DNA from: a bacterium
Lineage (GTDB): Bacteria; Patescibacteriota; Patescibacteriia; Patescibacteriales; UBA12465
NCBI GenBank assembly: GCA_030696105.1
Contig: JAUYNJ010000002.1
Location: 3,764 to 67,763 of the forward strand
DNA: 64,000 nt
Direction: 5' to 3'
Below, piece by piece: positions 8,320 through 17,376 of this stretch (position 1 is the first letter of the stretch; each line of letters begins with the position of its first letter). The notes beneath the pieces were generated by a model. The model ran no database searches, was not told where the DNA came from, and was given only the letters and a program-made list of their open reading frames with translations. The position numbers and the translations under genes were made by a program.

Positions 8320-8823
8320 TTATAAGAGGTCTTTAGCATCTAAGAGGCCTTCTAGCTTCTCATCGAGATCTTTCAGGTCAGCTTTGTTTTCAACTTTTTC
8401 TTTCTTTTCTGCAGGCTTAGAAGACTTTTCCTTAACTGGCTTGTCTTCTTTTTTATCGGTTTTGGTTGCCTGTTCCTGTTTTTCCTTAATCTTTAATCTT
8501 TCAGCGTCACTGAGCGCAGGGACAGAAATAATTTGGTGGCGTAAAACTTCAGTGGAGAGGCGAAGAGTGCGATCGAGTTTTGTGATCTCGCTTCTTTCGG
8601 CGTCAAACTCACAGAGGTTGTAGTAGCCATAGTGATTTTGCTTAATCACATAAGCTAACTTCTTCTTGCCCCAGTATTCACGATAGACGATGTTCGCACC
8701 GTTTTCGGTAACGTAGCCTTCAACTTTAGTAACGATGGCCTTAGCCTCGTCTTCAGTGTACTGGTTAGGGACAACAAAGAGCAGTTCATAACGGCTCGCG
8801 CCCGACGGTTTGGTCTTAGACAT
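8320..8823 (-). CDS. rpsF: 30S ribosomal protein S6 with a Lys/Glu-rich C-terminal extension
   Basis: 167-aa ORF. The S6 core is YELLFVVPNQ...REYWGKKKLAYVIKQNHYGYY. About 60 extra charged residues follow at the C-terminus. Confidence 0.9.
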   Translation of the reverse strand: MSKTKPSGASRYELLFVVPNQYTEDEAKAIVTKVEGYVTENGANIVYREYWGKKKLAYVIKQNHYGYYNLCEFDAERSEITKLDRTLRLSTEVLRHQIISVPALSDAERLKIKEKQEQATKTDKKEDKPVKEKSSKPAEKKEKVENKADLKDLDEKLEGLLDAKDLL

Positions 8824-9076
8824 AATTTAGCATATCGGGGCTAAAAACGATGTAAGCAGGGCTTAACATTTTTCTAAACTCCCTTAATTTAAACAAAAAC
8901 CCAAGTATTCATTAGAATTTGGGTTCCAAGGAATACCTTTAATTCCGTTATGTGAAGTACGGAATTATTCTGGCCATAAGGCGAGAATATGGGAAAGATA
9001 TGTTAGATATTTTTTTGTCCTCTAAAATTATCATAATGCTTGAAAAAAAGCAAGAGTTAGGGCATTATGAAATCAT

Positions 9077-10255
9077 ATGGATTATGCATTTATTTTAGGA
9101 ACACATCCCTCTTGGTCAGTCGCTGAAATCGACGCTGTTTTGGGCGAATATGACTTGTTTTGGGAAAATGAGCGAGTATTAATAAAAAAGGACGCTAATA
9201 TTAACGCCGAGAGCTTGATTAAACAGCTCGGCGGCACCCTAAAGATAGCGGAAATCGAGGCATTTTCGCCGGTGAATACCCCGGTATCTGACTTAGCTAA
9301 GCAATGCGCCCGCATTATAATTGAAAAAGGGTCGCGTGGTGAAGGTAAATTGGTCTTCGGCTTGTCTGATCAGGGTATTGGCGGAGGATTTAACGCTGAA
9401 AAGCTGGGACTGACGATTAAAAAGGAGCTTAAAGCTCAAGATATTTCTTCGCGCCTCGTTACCAGTCGCGATAAAGAGTTATCAAGTGTGGTTGTCGGAC
9501 AGAATAAACTAATTACCAAGGGGGCGGAACTTATCTTCTTCAGGCACGACGATGATCTCTATATTGCTCGCACTTTAGCAGTGCAACCGTATAAGGATTT
9601 GTCGCGCCGTGATTTCGGTCGCCCAGTTCGTGATGATCACTCCGGTATGTTGCCACCGAAGCTCGCGCAGATGTTAATTAATTGCGCTGGTCAGAGAGGA
9701 CACGAGGGACTATTGCTCGACCCTTTTTGTGGTTCAGGCACAATTATTACCGAAGCGATGTTGTTGGGTTATAAAAATCTTGTTGGCACCGATATATCTG
9801 AAAAAGCAATTAAAGATAGTCGCGTGAATGCGGAGTGGACGCGAGAATTATACGGCCTTGATACGCGCGCTAAATTTCATATTAAGAACGCCACACGTCT
9901 AGCGCAGTTTTTTAAAGCCAACACGGTTGATACAATTGTTACCGAACCATATCTTGGTCCGCAACGAGGTTTAAACGACATTGAGGCTGTGAGGACTGAA
10001 TTAGAATCATTATATGACGTGGCCCTTGATAACTTTTATGAAATATTAAAACCAGGTGGACGTATTGCGATGGTTTGGCCAGTATTTTTTGGGAAAGAAT
10101 TCCTGAGACCACCTTTGGATAAGTGGAAACAAGTTTCTGCTTTACCGCCAAAATTCAGGCACAGCCCTTGGGCGAAACTTACCCCGCGAGATACTTTGTT
10201 ATATCATCGTGAAGGACAAAGAGTTTGGCGTGAAATGATCATATTAGAAAAATAA
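9077..10255 (+). CDS. SAM-dependent methyltransferase (UPF0020/Trm11/RlmL-like, probable RNA methylase)
   Basis: 392-aa ORF. SAM-binding motif LLDPFCGSGTIITEA and a motif IV-like VTEPYLGP. The N-terminal ~170 aa is an uncharacterised domain. Confidence 0.7.
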   Translation: MDYAFILGTHPSWSVAEIDAVLGEYDLFWENERVLIKKDANINAESLIKQLGGTLKIAEIEAFSPVNTPVSDLAKQCARIIIEKGSRGEGKLVFGLSDQGIGGGFNAEKLGLTIKKELKAQDISSRLVTSRDKELSSVVVGQNKLITKGAELIFFRHDDDLYIARTLAVQPYKDLSRRDFGRPVRDDHSGMLPPKLAQMLINCAGQRGHEGLLLDPFCGSGTIITEAMLLGYKNLVGTDISEKAIKDSRVNAEWTRELYGLDTRAKFHIKNATRLAQFFKANTVDTIVTEPYLGPQRGLNDIEAVRTELESLYDVALDNFYEILKPGGRIAMVWPVFFGKEFLRPPLDKWKQVSALPPKFRHSPWAKLTPRDTLLYHREGQRVWREMIILEK

Positions 10256-10265
10256 CAATATTTCT

Positions 10266-10802
10266 ATGAGCTTGTTTGGTGATGCGTTTGGAAAAAGAAC
10301 ACTGCGTGACACAGTTAATTCGGCCATTAAATATAAAAGCTCTTCGCGCACCCTTAATGATAATCGTGATACTATTTTGCAGGCGGTAAAGAAGTACGAG
10401 CACTTGGTGAAACAAGGAAAATTCGGAGTTGCTGAGAAAACAAATGTTTTATCGCAGGTAAAAAAATCAGTTGGTTTAAATAGCCAAGATACGGCTGATT
10501 TAAAAAAAGTGCTTACGCATATCAGTGAAAAAAGACCAACCTCTCGTGCACGAATTAATCGGGCTGATGATGAGAGTGTTTTACAGAACCCTCATTTTGC
10601 TGGCCAGATGCAGTTGGCAAATAAGTCTGGTTTAAGTGGCGTCGCCTCTCCGGGGATTACGCGCGCTTCTTACCAGCCAGTGGCCTCAATTTCTCAAGTC
10701 ATGAAAGCTAAGGATAAAGGCGGGTCAGCGATCAATGTTGCAGGACGCAATCCAAAGGGAAGTGTTCCCTCACGACCACCGATGATACCATTGTCGAGAT
10801 AG
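10266..10802 (+). CDS. Hypothetical protein (polar, probably disordered C-terminal half)
   Basis: 178-aa ORF starting 11 nt after the methyltransferase stop. No motif recognised. Confidence 0.4.
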   Translation: MSLFGDAFGKRTLRDTVNSAIKYKSSSRTLNDNRDTILQAVKKYEHLVKQGKFGVAEKTNVLSQVKKSVGLNSQDTADLKKVLTHISEKRPTSRARINRADDESVLQNPHFAGQMQLANKSGLSGVASPGITRASYQPVASISQVMKAKDKGGSAINVAGRNPKGSVPSRPPMIPLSR

Positions 10803-10812
10803 GAATAAATAA

Positions 10813-10844
10813 AAAAGGAAGTCTTACGAAAGACCTCCTTTTTG
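10813..10844. terminator. Bidirectional terminator hairpin between convergent genes
   Basis: AAGGAAGTCTT acga AAGACCTCCTT, flanked by an A-run and a T-run. Confidence 0.6.
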
Positions 10845-10848
10845 AATT

Positions 10849-12384
10849 TTAGCAATTCGGAAACGCAGTCCCCCAGCGAAAGGTTTTTTGAATTACATTT
10901 AATTCCTTTGTTCTCTTGACCATGTATTCTTCAATAATTTTAGGATCAGCAATGTTTTTCGTTCTGTGATGAGTGGTAAACAGCGAATATCCAGCATAAT
11001 CCTTCTTATTGATTATCATGTCCGGGTTATTTTTATTCCAAATCGTTCCAGGCAGCAGAGTGGCGGAAAGGGTTAAGGCGGCATCCAAGTAGTTATGGCG
11101 AATTAATTCTTTGTGGAATTCGATATCATTTTCCATGGTCTCAATCGTCTGGTCTGGTGTCCCGATGATTTCACTGGTAAAGATATAAATACCGCCCTCC
11201 TCTCTTAATCGCTTTAAATTTTCGCAATTATCGTGATATTTGGCGATCATTGTCTTGGCCGCGCTATCGTGTTTATTCCACTCTCGTGGATTAAAGGGGA
11301 TGTAAAGAGCTGTGATGCGACCCTCTCCTTCTTTGTTGTAGGCAATAAACAGATCTGTAATCTCCTTCGTGAGTAGCTGGAAATCTAATCCGCCGTTATT
11401 TTGCCAGTACAAACCATACTTCTTCATTGAACTAAGAATTTTATTCATATGGTCTATGCCGGAATGAATAAAGGCGTCATCCTGGATAATAAGTTCTTGA
11501 ATTCCGTGACTTCTAAAAAGAGCTAACTGACGATCGATCATTATCTCATCGAGTTCAGTTATTCTCTTATTCTGACTTCCAGCTACACAGAATTCACAGT
11601 TTCGGAAACACCCTTTAGAGAACATGAAGTCAGCTGTCTTTCTGCCTGACGAAGTGTAAGCGTAGGTCGGTTCGTTTGGATAATCATTTTCCTGTATTAT
11701 TTTGGGATCGAGTAAAGGAAAATTTTTCATACTGTTGGAGCCGCCATAAATAATCTGCTCCGTCTTTCTTCCTTCCAATATATCTTCAATTACTTCCATG
11801 GCGTCGCCGATGACTACATGGTCTACCCAGGGATTTTCCGTTACGAAATCCTCATAATCCGTTGAAAGGTGTTGCCCTCCATACATAATTTTTACGCGAG
11901 GGAAAGATTTCTTTATGGCACGTCCGAGCTCGGTTGCCTGGGGATAGTTCGAACTGGCGATTAAGGGTATGCCCACATAATCGGGCTTGCTTATTTCGAT
12001 CTCAGAAAGCGTTTCTCTGATAGAATTACCAGTTCTCACTATTATTCTTTCAATCTTCCCGTGTTGGCGAAACGCTGAATATCTGCTAATGAATTCTTTC
12101 GGACTCAATAGATTAAAGTCGGCCAGCTTTTGCTTTTCAAACTCATCATAACTTAGAGACATCGGCTCATCACTGACCACGCCACCAATTATTGTTCTCT
12201 TAAAGAGAGTTCTTTTACTCAGTCCATTATTTCTGACGGCTTCGTCTAAATAGCGAACACGGTAGCCCCTTAATATTAGTAAAGAAGCCAGATACCAAAT
12301 GCCTAGATAGCTCGCTGTTCTAATCGGGTCAAATACTGCATCTGTTTCCAGTGCCGGTTTTACAAACACAATTGATTTTTTCAT
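10849..12384 (-). CDS. Radical SAM protein with N-terminal B12-binding-like domain
   Basis: 511-aa ORF. CxxxCxxC cluster motif in FSKGCFRNCEFCVAG. The N-terminal Rossmann-like region is typical of class B radical SAM enzymes. Confidence 0.8.
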   Translation of the reverse strand: MKKSIVFVKPALETDAVFDPIRTASYLGIWYLASLLILRGYRVRYLDEAVRNNGLSKRTLFKRTIIGGVVSDEPMSLSYDEFEKQKLADFNLLSPKEFISRYSAFRQHGKIERIIVRTGNSIRETLSEIEISKPDYVGIPLIASSNYPQATELGRAIKKSFPRVKIMYGGQHLSTDYEDFVTENPWVDHVVIGDAMEVIEDILEGRKTEQIIYGGSNSMKNFPLLDPKIIQENDYPNEPTYAYTSSGRKTADFMFSKGCFRNCEFCVAGSQNKRITELDEIMIDRQLALFRSHGIQELIIQDDAFIHSGIDHMNKILSSMKKYGLYWQNNGGLDFQLLTKEITDLFIAYNKEGEGRITALYIPFNPREWNKHDSAAKTMIAKYHDNCENLKRLREEGGIYIFTSEIIGTPDQTIETMENDIEFHKELIRHNYLDAALTLSATLLPGTIWNKNNPDMIINKKDYAGYSLFTTHHRTKNIADPKIIEEYMVKRTKELNVIQKTFRWGTAFPNC

Positions 12385-12576
12385 TGCTAAAGTTTTTAAG
12401 GTGCGGTTATTGTTGGCTTCTTACCAACAAATCAGGATATCATATTTACAATTAATTGTCAATAATTTCGACTTCTTTCAAGCATCAATCTTTAATAATA
12501 TTAAAATTAACATAATAATGGATAAATTTCATATATTATGTTATGATAAAATGTAGTCGAAATAATCGACAATAAT

Positions 12577-13302
12577 ATGATAATATCTACTCTTAAGCAA
12601 ATCGGAATAGAAGAAAAGCAAGCTAGAATATATCTGGCTTGCTTAGAATTGGGTGAAACCTCAATCAAAGAAATAGCAAAGAAAGCTGGCATCAAGAGGA
12701 CTAGCATTTATGATGTTATTGATGTGATGATAGATTCGGGATTGATAAAGGTTACTACCAAGGCAAAGAAGAAGCGTTTTGTTGCCTCGGAACCAGATGA
12801 ACTCAAGGCAATAATCAAAAAAAGAGAAGCATTGCTGAATCAAATTATGCCTCAGCTTGCGTCTTTGAATAATAGTGGCCAGATTAAACCTAAAGTGTGG
12901 TTTTATGAAGGCGTAGTCGGTTTAAAAAAGGTATACGATGACACCCTGGAGCATCATGACTCCACGGTTTATCAGTGGGCTTCCAATGATATGTTCACTG
13001 CTATCGATGCTGAATGGCTGTTTGACTATGTAAGGAGACGCGTCAAGGCTAAGGTAAAAGCTCTATGTATTGCCACTGATACTCCAGAAATTAGAGACTT
13101 TAAATCAAAAGACGTATCAGATTTGAGAGAAATACGAATAGTACCGAAAGAGCTTTTTCCATTTGAAATAGAACTCGATGTTTATGGAAACCGTGTTGCA
13201 ATGATTTCAGGCAGAGATAAGATTGGTATTATTATTGAATCTGAATCTATAGCATCTACCCTGAAAATGATATTTAAACTTTGTTGGACCAATGTAAAAT
13301 GA
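12577..13302 (+). CDS. TrmB-family transcriptional regulator
   Basis: 241-aa ORF. N-terminal winged HTH typical of TrmB (LKQIGIEEKQARIYLACLELGETSIKEIAKKAGIKRTSIYDVIDVMIDSGLI). Confidence 0.75.
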   Translation: MIISTLKQIGIEEKQARIYLACLELGETSIKEIAKKAGIKRTSIYDVIDVMIDSGLIKVTTKAKKKRFVASEPDELKAIIKKREALLNQIMPQLASLNNSGQIKPKVWFYEGVVGLKKVYDDTLEHHDSTVYQWASNDMFTAIDAEWLFDYVRRRVKAKVKALCIATDTPEIRDFKSKDVSDLREIRIVPKELFPFEIELDVYGNRVAMISGRDKIGIIIESESIASTLKMIFKLCWTNVK

Positions 13303-13336
13303 TTAGTTTACGTCAAGGTGACTGATTTATTATCAG

Positions 13337-13367
13337 AAAAAAGGCTATCTTTCAGATAGCCTTTTTT
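13337..13367. terminator. Bidirectional terminator hairpin
   Basis: AAAAAGGCTATCT ttc AGATAGCCTTTTTT, between the convergent genes 12577..13302 and ychF. Confidence 0.7.
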
Positions 13368-13391
13368 GAACAGAGGGTATAATTATCGTAA

Positions 13392-14456
13392 TTATCGATT
13401 AACCAAAAAGTTGCAGACGTCACCGTCTTTTACGACATAATCCTTACCTTCAGTGCGAATAAGTCCTTGTTCGCGTGCTTTAGCCTCACTGCCGACATTA
13501 ACAAGCTGTTCCCAGTTAATAACTTCGGCGCGGATAAAGCCTTTAATGAAGTCGGTGTGAATAACACCAGCGGCTTCTGGTGCCTTAGCCCCGCGTTTAA
13601 CGGTCCAGGCTCGCGTCTCGTCAGGTCCGGTGGTGAAAAAAGTATCAAGGCCGAGTAGTTTATACGAAGCTTTAATTAATTTATCAAGACCACTTTGAGT
13701 TAAGCCGAGTTCTTGAATATACTCAGCTTGCTCCTCTTCCGGTAGAGCTGCAATTTCTTCTTCCATTTTGACATTCACTGCAATAATTTCGCCGTCTAAC
13801 TCGCCAAGATCTGGCAAATTTTCTAAATCATCGGCATTTAAGAGATATACAATTGGCTTGATGGTTAAAAGTGTCAGAGACTTAACAAAGGGAAGCTCCT
13901 CATCAGTAAACTGCAGTGAGCGCGTTGCTAAGCCTTGCTCGAGGTGATTGTAAATGCGCTCGAGTATTCCGGCTTGGAAGATAAGCTCTTTATTCCCACT
14001 TCTCGCTTCGCGCTTGGTTTTATCCAATCTTTTGCCAATACTACCAAGATCGGCGAGAATCAGTTCGAGATTAATTGTTTCTTTATCTGATTTTGGGTCA
14101 ACATTCCCACTGACATGAATAATATTCTTATCATGAAAGTTGCGTATGACTTCACAGATGGCGTCGCACTCACGAATATGAGCGAGAAACTGATTGCCAA
14201 GCCCTTCACCCTTGCTCGCTCCGGCTACTAAGCCAGCGATATCAACGAATTCAATTGAAGTTGGGATAACTTTTGCGGGCTTTGAAACAACCGCCAGCTG
14301 CTCTAAGCGCTGGTCTGGAACCTTAACCACACCGACATTGGGGTCGATGGTGCAAAAAGGGTAGTTAGCCGCTTCAACGCTTTTCTTAGTTAGAATATTG
14401 AAGAGGCTTGATTTGCCGACGTTCGGCAGACCGACGATGCCAATTGATAGGGCCAT
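13392..14456 (-). CDS. ychF: Redox-regulated ATPase YchF
   Basis: 354-aa ORF. P-loop [12 protein letters not shown], a coiled-coil insert and a C-terminal TGS-like domain ([14 protein letters not shown]). Confidence 0.95.
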   Translation of the reverse strand: MALSIGIVGLPNVGKSSLFNILTKKSVEAANYPFCTIDPNVGVVKVPDQRLEQLAVVSKPAKVIPTSIEFVDIAGLVAGASKGEGLGNQFLAHIRECDAICEVIRNFHDKNIIHVSGNVDPKSDKETINLELILADLGSIGKRLDKTKREARSGNKELIFQAGILERIYNHLEQGLATRSLQFTDEELPFVKSLTLLTIKPIVYLLNADDLENLPDLGELDGEIIAVNVKMEEEIAALPEEEQAEYIQELGLTQSGLDKLIKASYKLLGLDTFFTTGPDETRAWTVKRGAKAPEAAGVIHTDFIKGFIRAEVINWEQLVNVGSEAKAREQGLIRTEGKDYVVKDGDVCNFLVNR

Positions 14457-15055
14457 AATAGTATATTTAGTAACTAATATTTAGCAGAAATACGGGAAAA
14501 AGGCAAACCAATAAAAAAGGAGCCCAGAACGGGCCTTTCTTTATTAAAAGATAATAAATAAATATGTGGCCTCGACTGAGCTCCAATCCTAGATACTTTT
14601 ACATTAAAGTATGACCAGGATTAAATGAGCTTTTGCTAGCTTTAAAGCGATTCTTTCACCAATGCTTTGCAGGTAAGTTTGTTATTATTTATTGCTAATG
14701 AGGATGAATGCTTAATAAAATTCTTTTTTTAGATTTTATTAAATGCTTATCCTGCATGTATAGCACTTACACCTGCTCTTCAAGCGTTGAGCTTTTCCTT
14801 TATCATGCTAGCGCTGACAAAAAATTTTAAGATTAGTGAAGAACTTACTACTAACTATGATTATTATAGCATGTATTTGGGGATATCGCAAGTCTGCCCT
14901 GTTAATTACCGTGAATAAAACGAAATTTAGCTAAAATTAAGTGAAAAAGTGCTATAATATATTATTTAAGTCCAGGTATCAGTGGACTAAAAATATTTTT
15001 TTCTGCCTTTAAAACACAGGTTATCCACAGGTTTGGCAAGATATTGTGGGCAAAC

Positions 15056-15083
15056 AAAAAGCGCCCCTTTTTAGGCGCTTTTA
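15056..15083 (-). terminator. Terminator hairpin downstream of tRNA-Cys
   Basis: AAAGCGCC ccttttta GGCGCTTT with flanking A/T runs. Confidence 0.6.
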
Positions 15084-15091
15084 TTTCATTG

Positions 15092-15165
15092 AGGCTCGAG
15101 TGGGAGTCGAACCCACGAATGGCAGTTTTGCAAACTGCAGTGTTAGACCACTTCACCATCGAGCC
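15092..15165 (-). tRNA. tRNA-Cys (anticodon GCA)
   Basis: Manual cloverleaf: acceptor GGCTCGA/TCGAGCC, anticodon arm GCAGT-TTGCAAA-ACTGC, T-arm GTGGG-TTCGACT-CCCAC, discriminator U. Confidence 0.9.
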
Positions 15166-15204
15166 TGACTGTTATAGATAATATCATTATTAATGAAATA
15201 TTGT

Positions 15205-16242
15205 CTATAGTTTTAGATCAATATTTGCGCGAAAAGACTTGGTCGGTGTAAATGCCTTCTTTTTATTTTGATAATAGCGAAAATAGCCGGCAGAGGCAAT
15301 CATGCCGGCGTTATCAGTAGTAAAGGCTTTTTCTGGAAGGTATAGGGATACTTTACTAAGTTTTTCTTTAACTTTAGAGCTCAATTGTACACGCAATGCA
15401 TCATTGGCAGCCACGCCCCCAGCCAGCAGTACGCTTTTTACCCTATATTTTGCCGCGGCCTTTATAGTTTTCGCAACAAGAACATCAATAATTGCCTGTT
15501 CATAGGCAAAACAATATTCTGCCAAACGCTTTTTCCAATTCTTGTCTTTTTGTAAGGCGTAGAGCAGAGCGGTTTTTAGCCCGGAGAAGGAAAAGTCCGA
15601 ATCAGCTGAATTAATCATCGGTCGAGGAAACTCGAGGGTAGTTGTTTTGCCTGTTTGACGGAAAGCCTCGGCGTGAGCAGCAATGACTGGCCCACCGGGG
15701 TATGATAGTCCCATCATCTTGGCACCCTTATCATAGGCTTCGCCAGCAGCGTCGTCCCGTGTACGACCGATAATCTTAAATTTATAGTGATCGCTCATTA
15801 TTATCAGGTTACTGTGCCCGCCAGATACGACTAAGGCTAGTGCTGGAAACTTCGGAGCTTTTGTCTGGTTAATGAAATTAGCGTAAATATGTCCAACGAT
15901 GTGATGAACTGGAATAATTGGCACCTTCCAAATAACAGATAGCGCTTTCGCGGTTTCAATGGCGGCGATAAGCGAGGTGACGAGTCCCGGGCCTTGGGTC
16001 ACGGCGATAGCCTTTAAGTCTTTGGGTGTAATCTTGGCTTGTCTGAGGGCGGTCTCAATCGTCGGTAGGATATGCAAAACGTGCTCGCGGGCCGCGATTT
16101 CAGGAATGACCCCACCATACTGGGCGTGGATGTCGATTTGCGAAGCGATGACATTGCTTAAAATCTCCGCTTTCTGTCCAGAGGCTTTCAGGACGGCGGC
16201 CGCACTTTCATCACAACTGCTCTCAAAACCAAGGATATACAT
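15205..16242 (-). CDS. tsaD: tRNA N6-adenosine threonylcarbamoyltransferase TsaD
   Basis: The ORF track gives 15205..16305. The conserved N-terminus MYILGFESSCDESAAAV begins at the internal ATG at 16242. Metal-binding motif VHHIVGHIYA. Confidence 0.9.
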   Translation of the reverse strand: MYILGFESSCDESAAAVLKASGQKAEILSNVIASQIDIHAQYGGVIPEIAAREHVLHILPTIETALRQAKITPKDLKAIAVTQGPGLVTSLIAAIETAKALSVIWKVPIIPVHHIVGHIYANFINQTKAPKFPALALVVSGGHSNLIIMSDHYKFKIIGRTRDDAAGEAYDKGAKMMGLSYPGGPVIAAHAEAFRQTGKTTTLEFPRPMINSADSDFSFSGLKTALLYALQKDKNWKKRLAEYCFAYEQAIIDVLVAKTIKAAAKYRVKSVLLAGGVAANDALRVQLSSKVKEKLSKVSLYLPEKAFTTDNAGMIASAGYFRYYQNKKKAFTPTKSFRANIDLKL

Positions 16243-16328
16243 ATAGTTATATTTTAAGGCTTTTTGAAATAATGGCAAGAATAACAAAGACCCCTTGCGG
16301 AGCATTTGTCTTTCTGTGTTTTGTTATC

Positions 16329-16876
16329 TTATAGTATTTCTCTCGCTAGTTCATCCGTCGTCATCTCCTTACCAAAGACCTTACGCGCATTTTCTCTTTC
16401 TGCATCCGTGACTCCAAGCTGATTTGTATCACTCAGTTTATATTTTCCCTGTATCAGTCCGGTTACTAAGTAGTAGTCAGAGTTAGGATCTTCGTTTAAG
16501 AATACAAGTACACGCTCACCTTCTTCAAAGCTTGGCCAGTCTGTTGCCTTCATCGTCTTGTTACCAATAGTTCCGCCCAAGGTTTTGATGTATATTTTCG
16601 TGTTCTCAGCGTTTTAGGCAGTAGGTGTTTTTCAATCTGAAGCTCGGCAATAGTGAAGATATCCTGTCCCTTGTTTCTTGTCGTTGACTCTTCCTCAAGA
16701 TACTTAATTGACTCAACCTGGCCGACGGCAATAAGCGATGAATCTGCGATTAATGAGTCGGAGTCTTGCTCTACAAGAATACTGCTGACATGCGTGATTA
16801 CAGGTTCTTTATTGTTAAATACAAAAAACCCAATTGCAAGTAGCGCTATAATGCTTATGATAAATAATGGCTTCAT
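16329..16876 (-). pseudogene. Secreted protein gene split by a frameshift
   Basis: Two overlapping ORFs (16550..16876 and 16329..16580) sit in different frames. The first has a signal peptide (MKPLFIISIIALLAIGFFVF). The second frame is open only from 16616, so one 1-nt indel between 16553 and 16616 (short A/T runs) would fuse them. Confidence 0.5.
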
Positions 16877-16973
16877 ATTTATTAATTATACCACCTTAGT
16901 AATAAATGGCATTAATACCATTAGTGTTATTATAGCGTAGCATATTGACGATAACATCCTGATAACATACGAA

Positions 16974-17002
16974 TTGACATATTATAAGAACTCTTATACA
17001 AT
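16974..17002 (+). promoter_or_regulatory. Promoter for tRNA-Glu
   Basis: TTGACA (16974..16979), a 17-nt spacer, then TACAAT (16997..17002), about 30 nt upstream of the tRNA. Confidence 0.5.
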
Positions 17003-17031
17003 AATTTTGAATTCTAATATTACAAAGAAAT

Positions 17032-17103
17032 GGTCCCTTCGTCTAACGGTTAGGACACCAGGTTTTCATCCTGGTAACAGGGGTTCGACTCCCCTAGGGA
17101 CTA
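17032..17103 (+). tRNA. tRNA-Glu (anticodon TTC)
   Basis: Manual cloverleaf: acceptor GGTCCCT/AGGGACT (G1-U72), anticodon arm CCAGG-TTTTCAT-CCTGG, T-arm AGGGG-TTCGACT-CCCCT. Confidence 0.9.
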
Positions 17104-17112
17104 CAAAACAAC

Positions 17113-17139
17113 AAAGACAAGCGCTGCTTGTCTTTTTTG
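17113..17139 (+). terminator. Intrinsic terminator after tRNA-Glu
   Basis: AGACAAGC gct GCTTGTCT followed by TTTTTTGTTTTG. Confidence 0.7.
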
Positions 17140-17276
17140 TTTTGTCATTATCGAGCCGGGAGTCGAACAGGTCAGGAGAGAGACAAGTCTGAGCCGCTAT
17201 TACGGGCGGAGAAGACGTAGGTGAACGTCCGCTAAGCATCCTGGGGGATGCTTAGCGCTGACCAGTGAGCGCGATA

Positions 17277-17294
17277 ACTCCCCCTGGGGACTAC
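17277..17294 (+). repeat. Partial direct copy of the tRNA-Glu 3' end
   Basis: ACTCCCCCTGGGGACTAC compared with tRNA positions 17088..17104, ACTCCCCTAGGGACTAC. Confidence 0.6.
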
Positions 17295-17376
17295 TATCGG
17301 AGAGTTAGTACTAGCTAATTCTTTTTAGTTTTGTAAATGTAAATTCATATTTGCTGGTAAATATGGTAAAATTGAA

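Noticed and set aside
15021-15029. Perfect DnaA boxes (here and at 37597..37605) as evidence for oriC
   Set aside because: Two perfect 9-mers in 64 kb is close to the chance expectation. There are no clustered boxes and no dnaA or dnaN nearby. One box overlaps an sRNA promoter region instead.
14962-15159. 65-aa ORF overlapping tRNA-Cys
   Set aside because: It overlaps the tRNA and its terminator and has no supporting signals.
17140-17300. Possible SRP (4.5S) RNA or tmRNA, because of CAGGTCAGG and a tRNA-like 3' end
   Set aside because: The helix-8 GGAA tetraloop/AGCA motif could not be formed. No tmRNA tag frame or proper T-arm was found on either strand.
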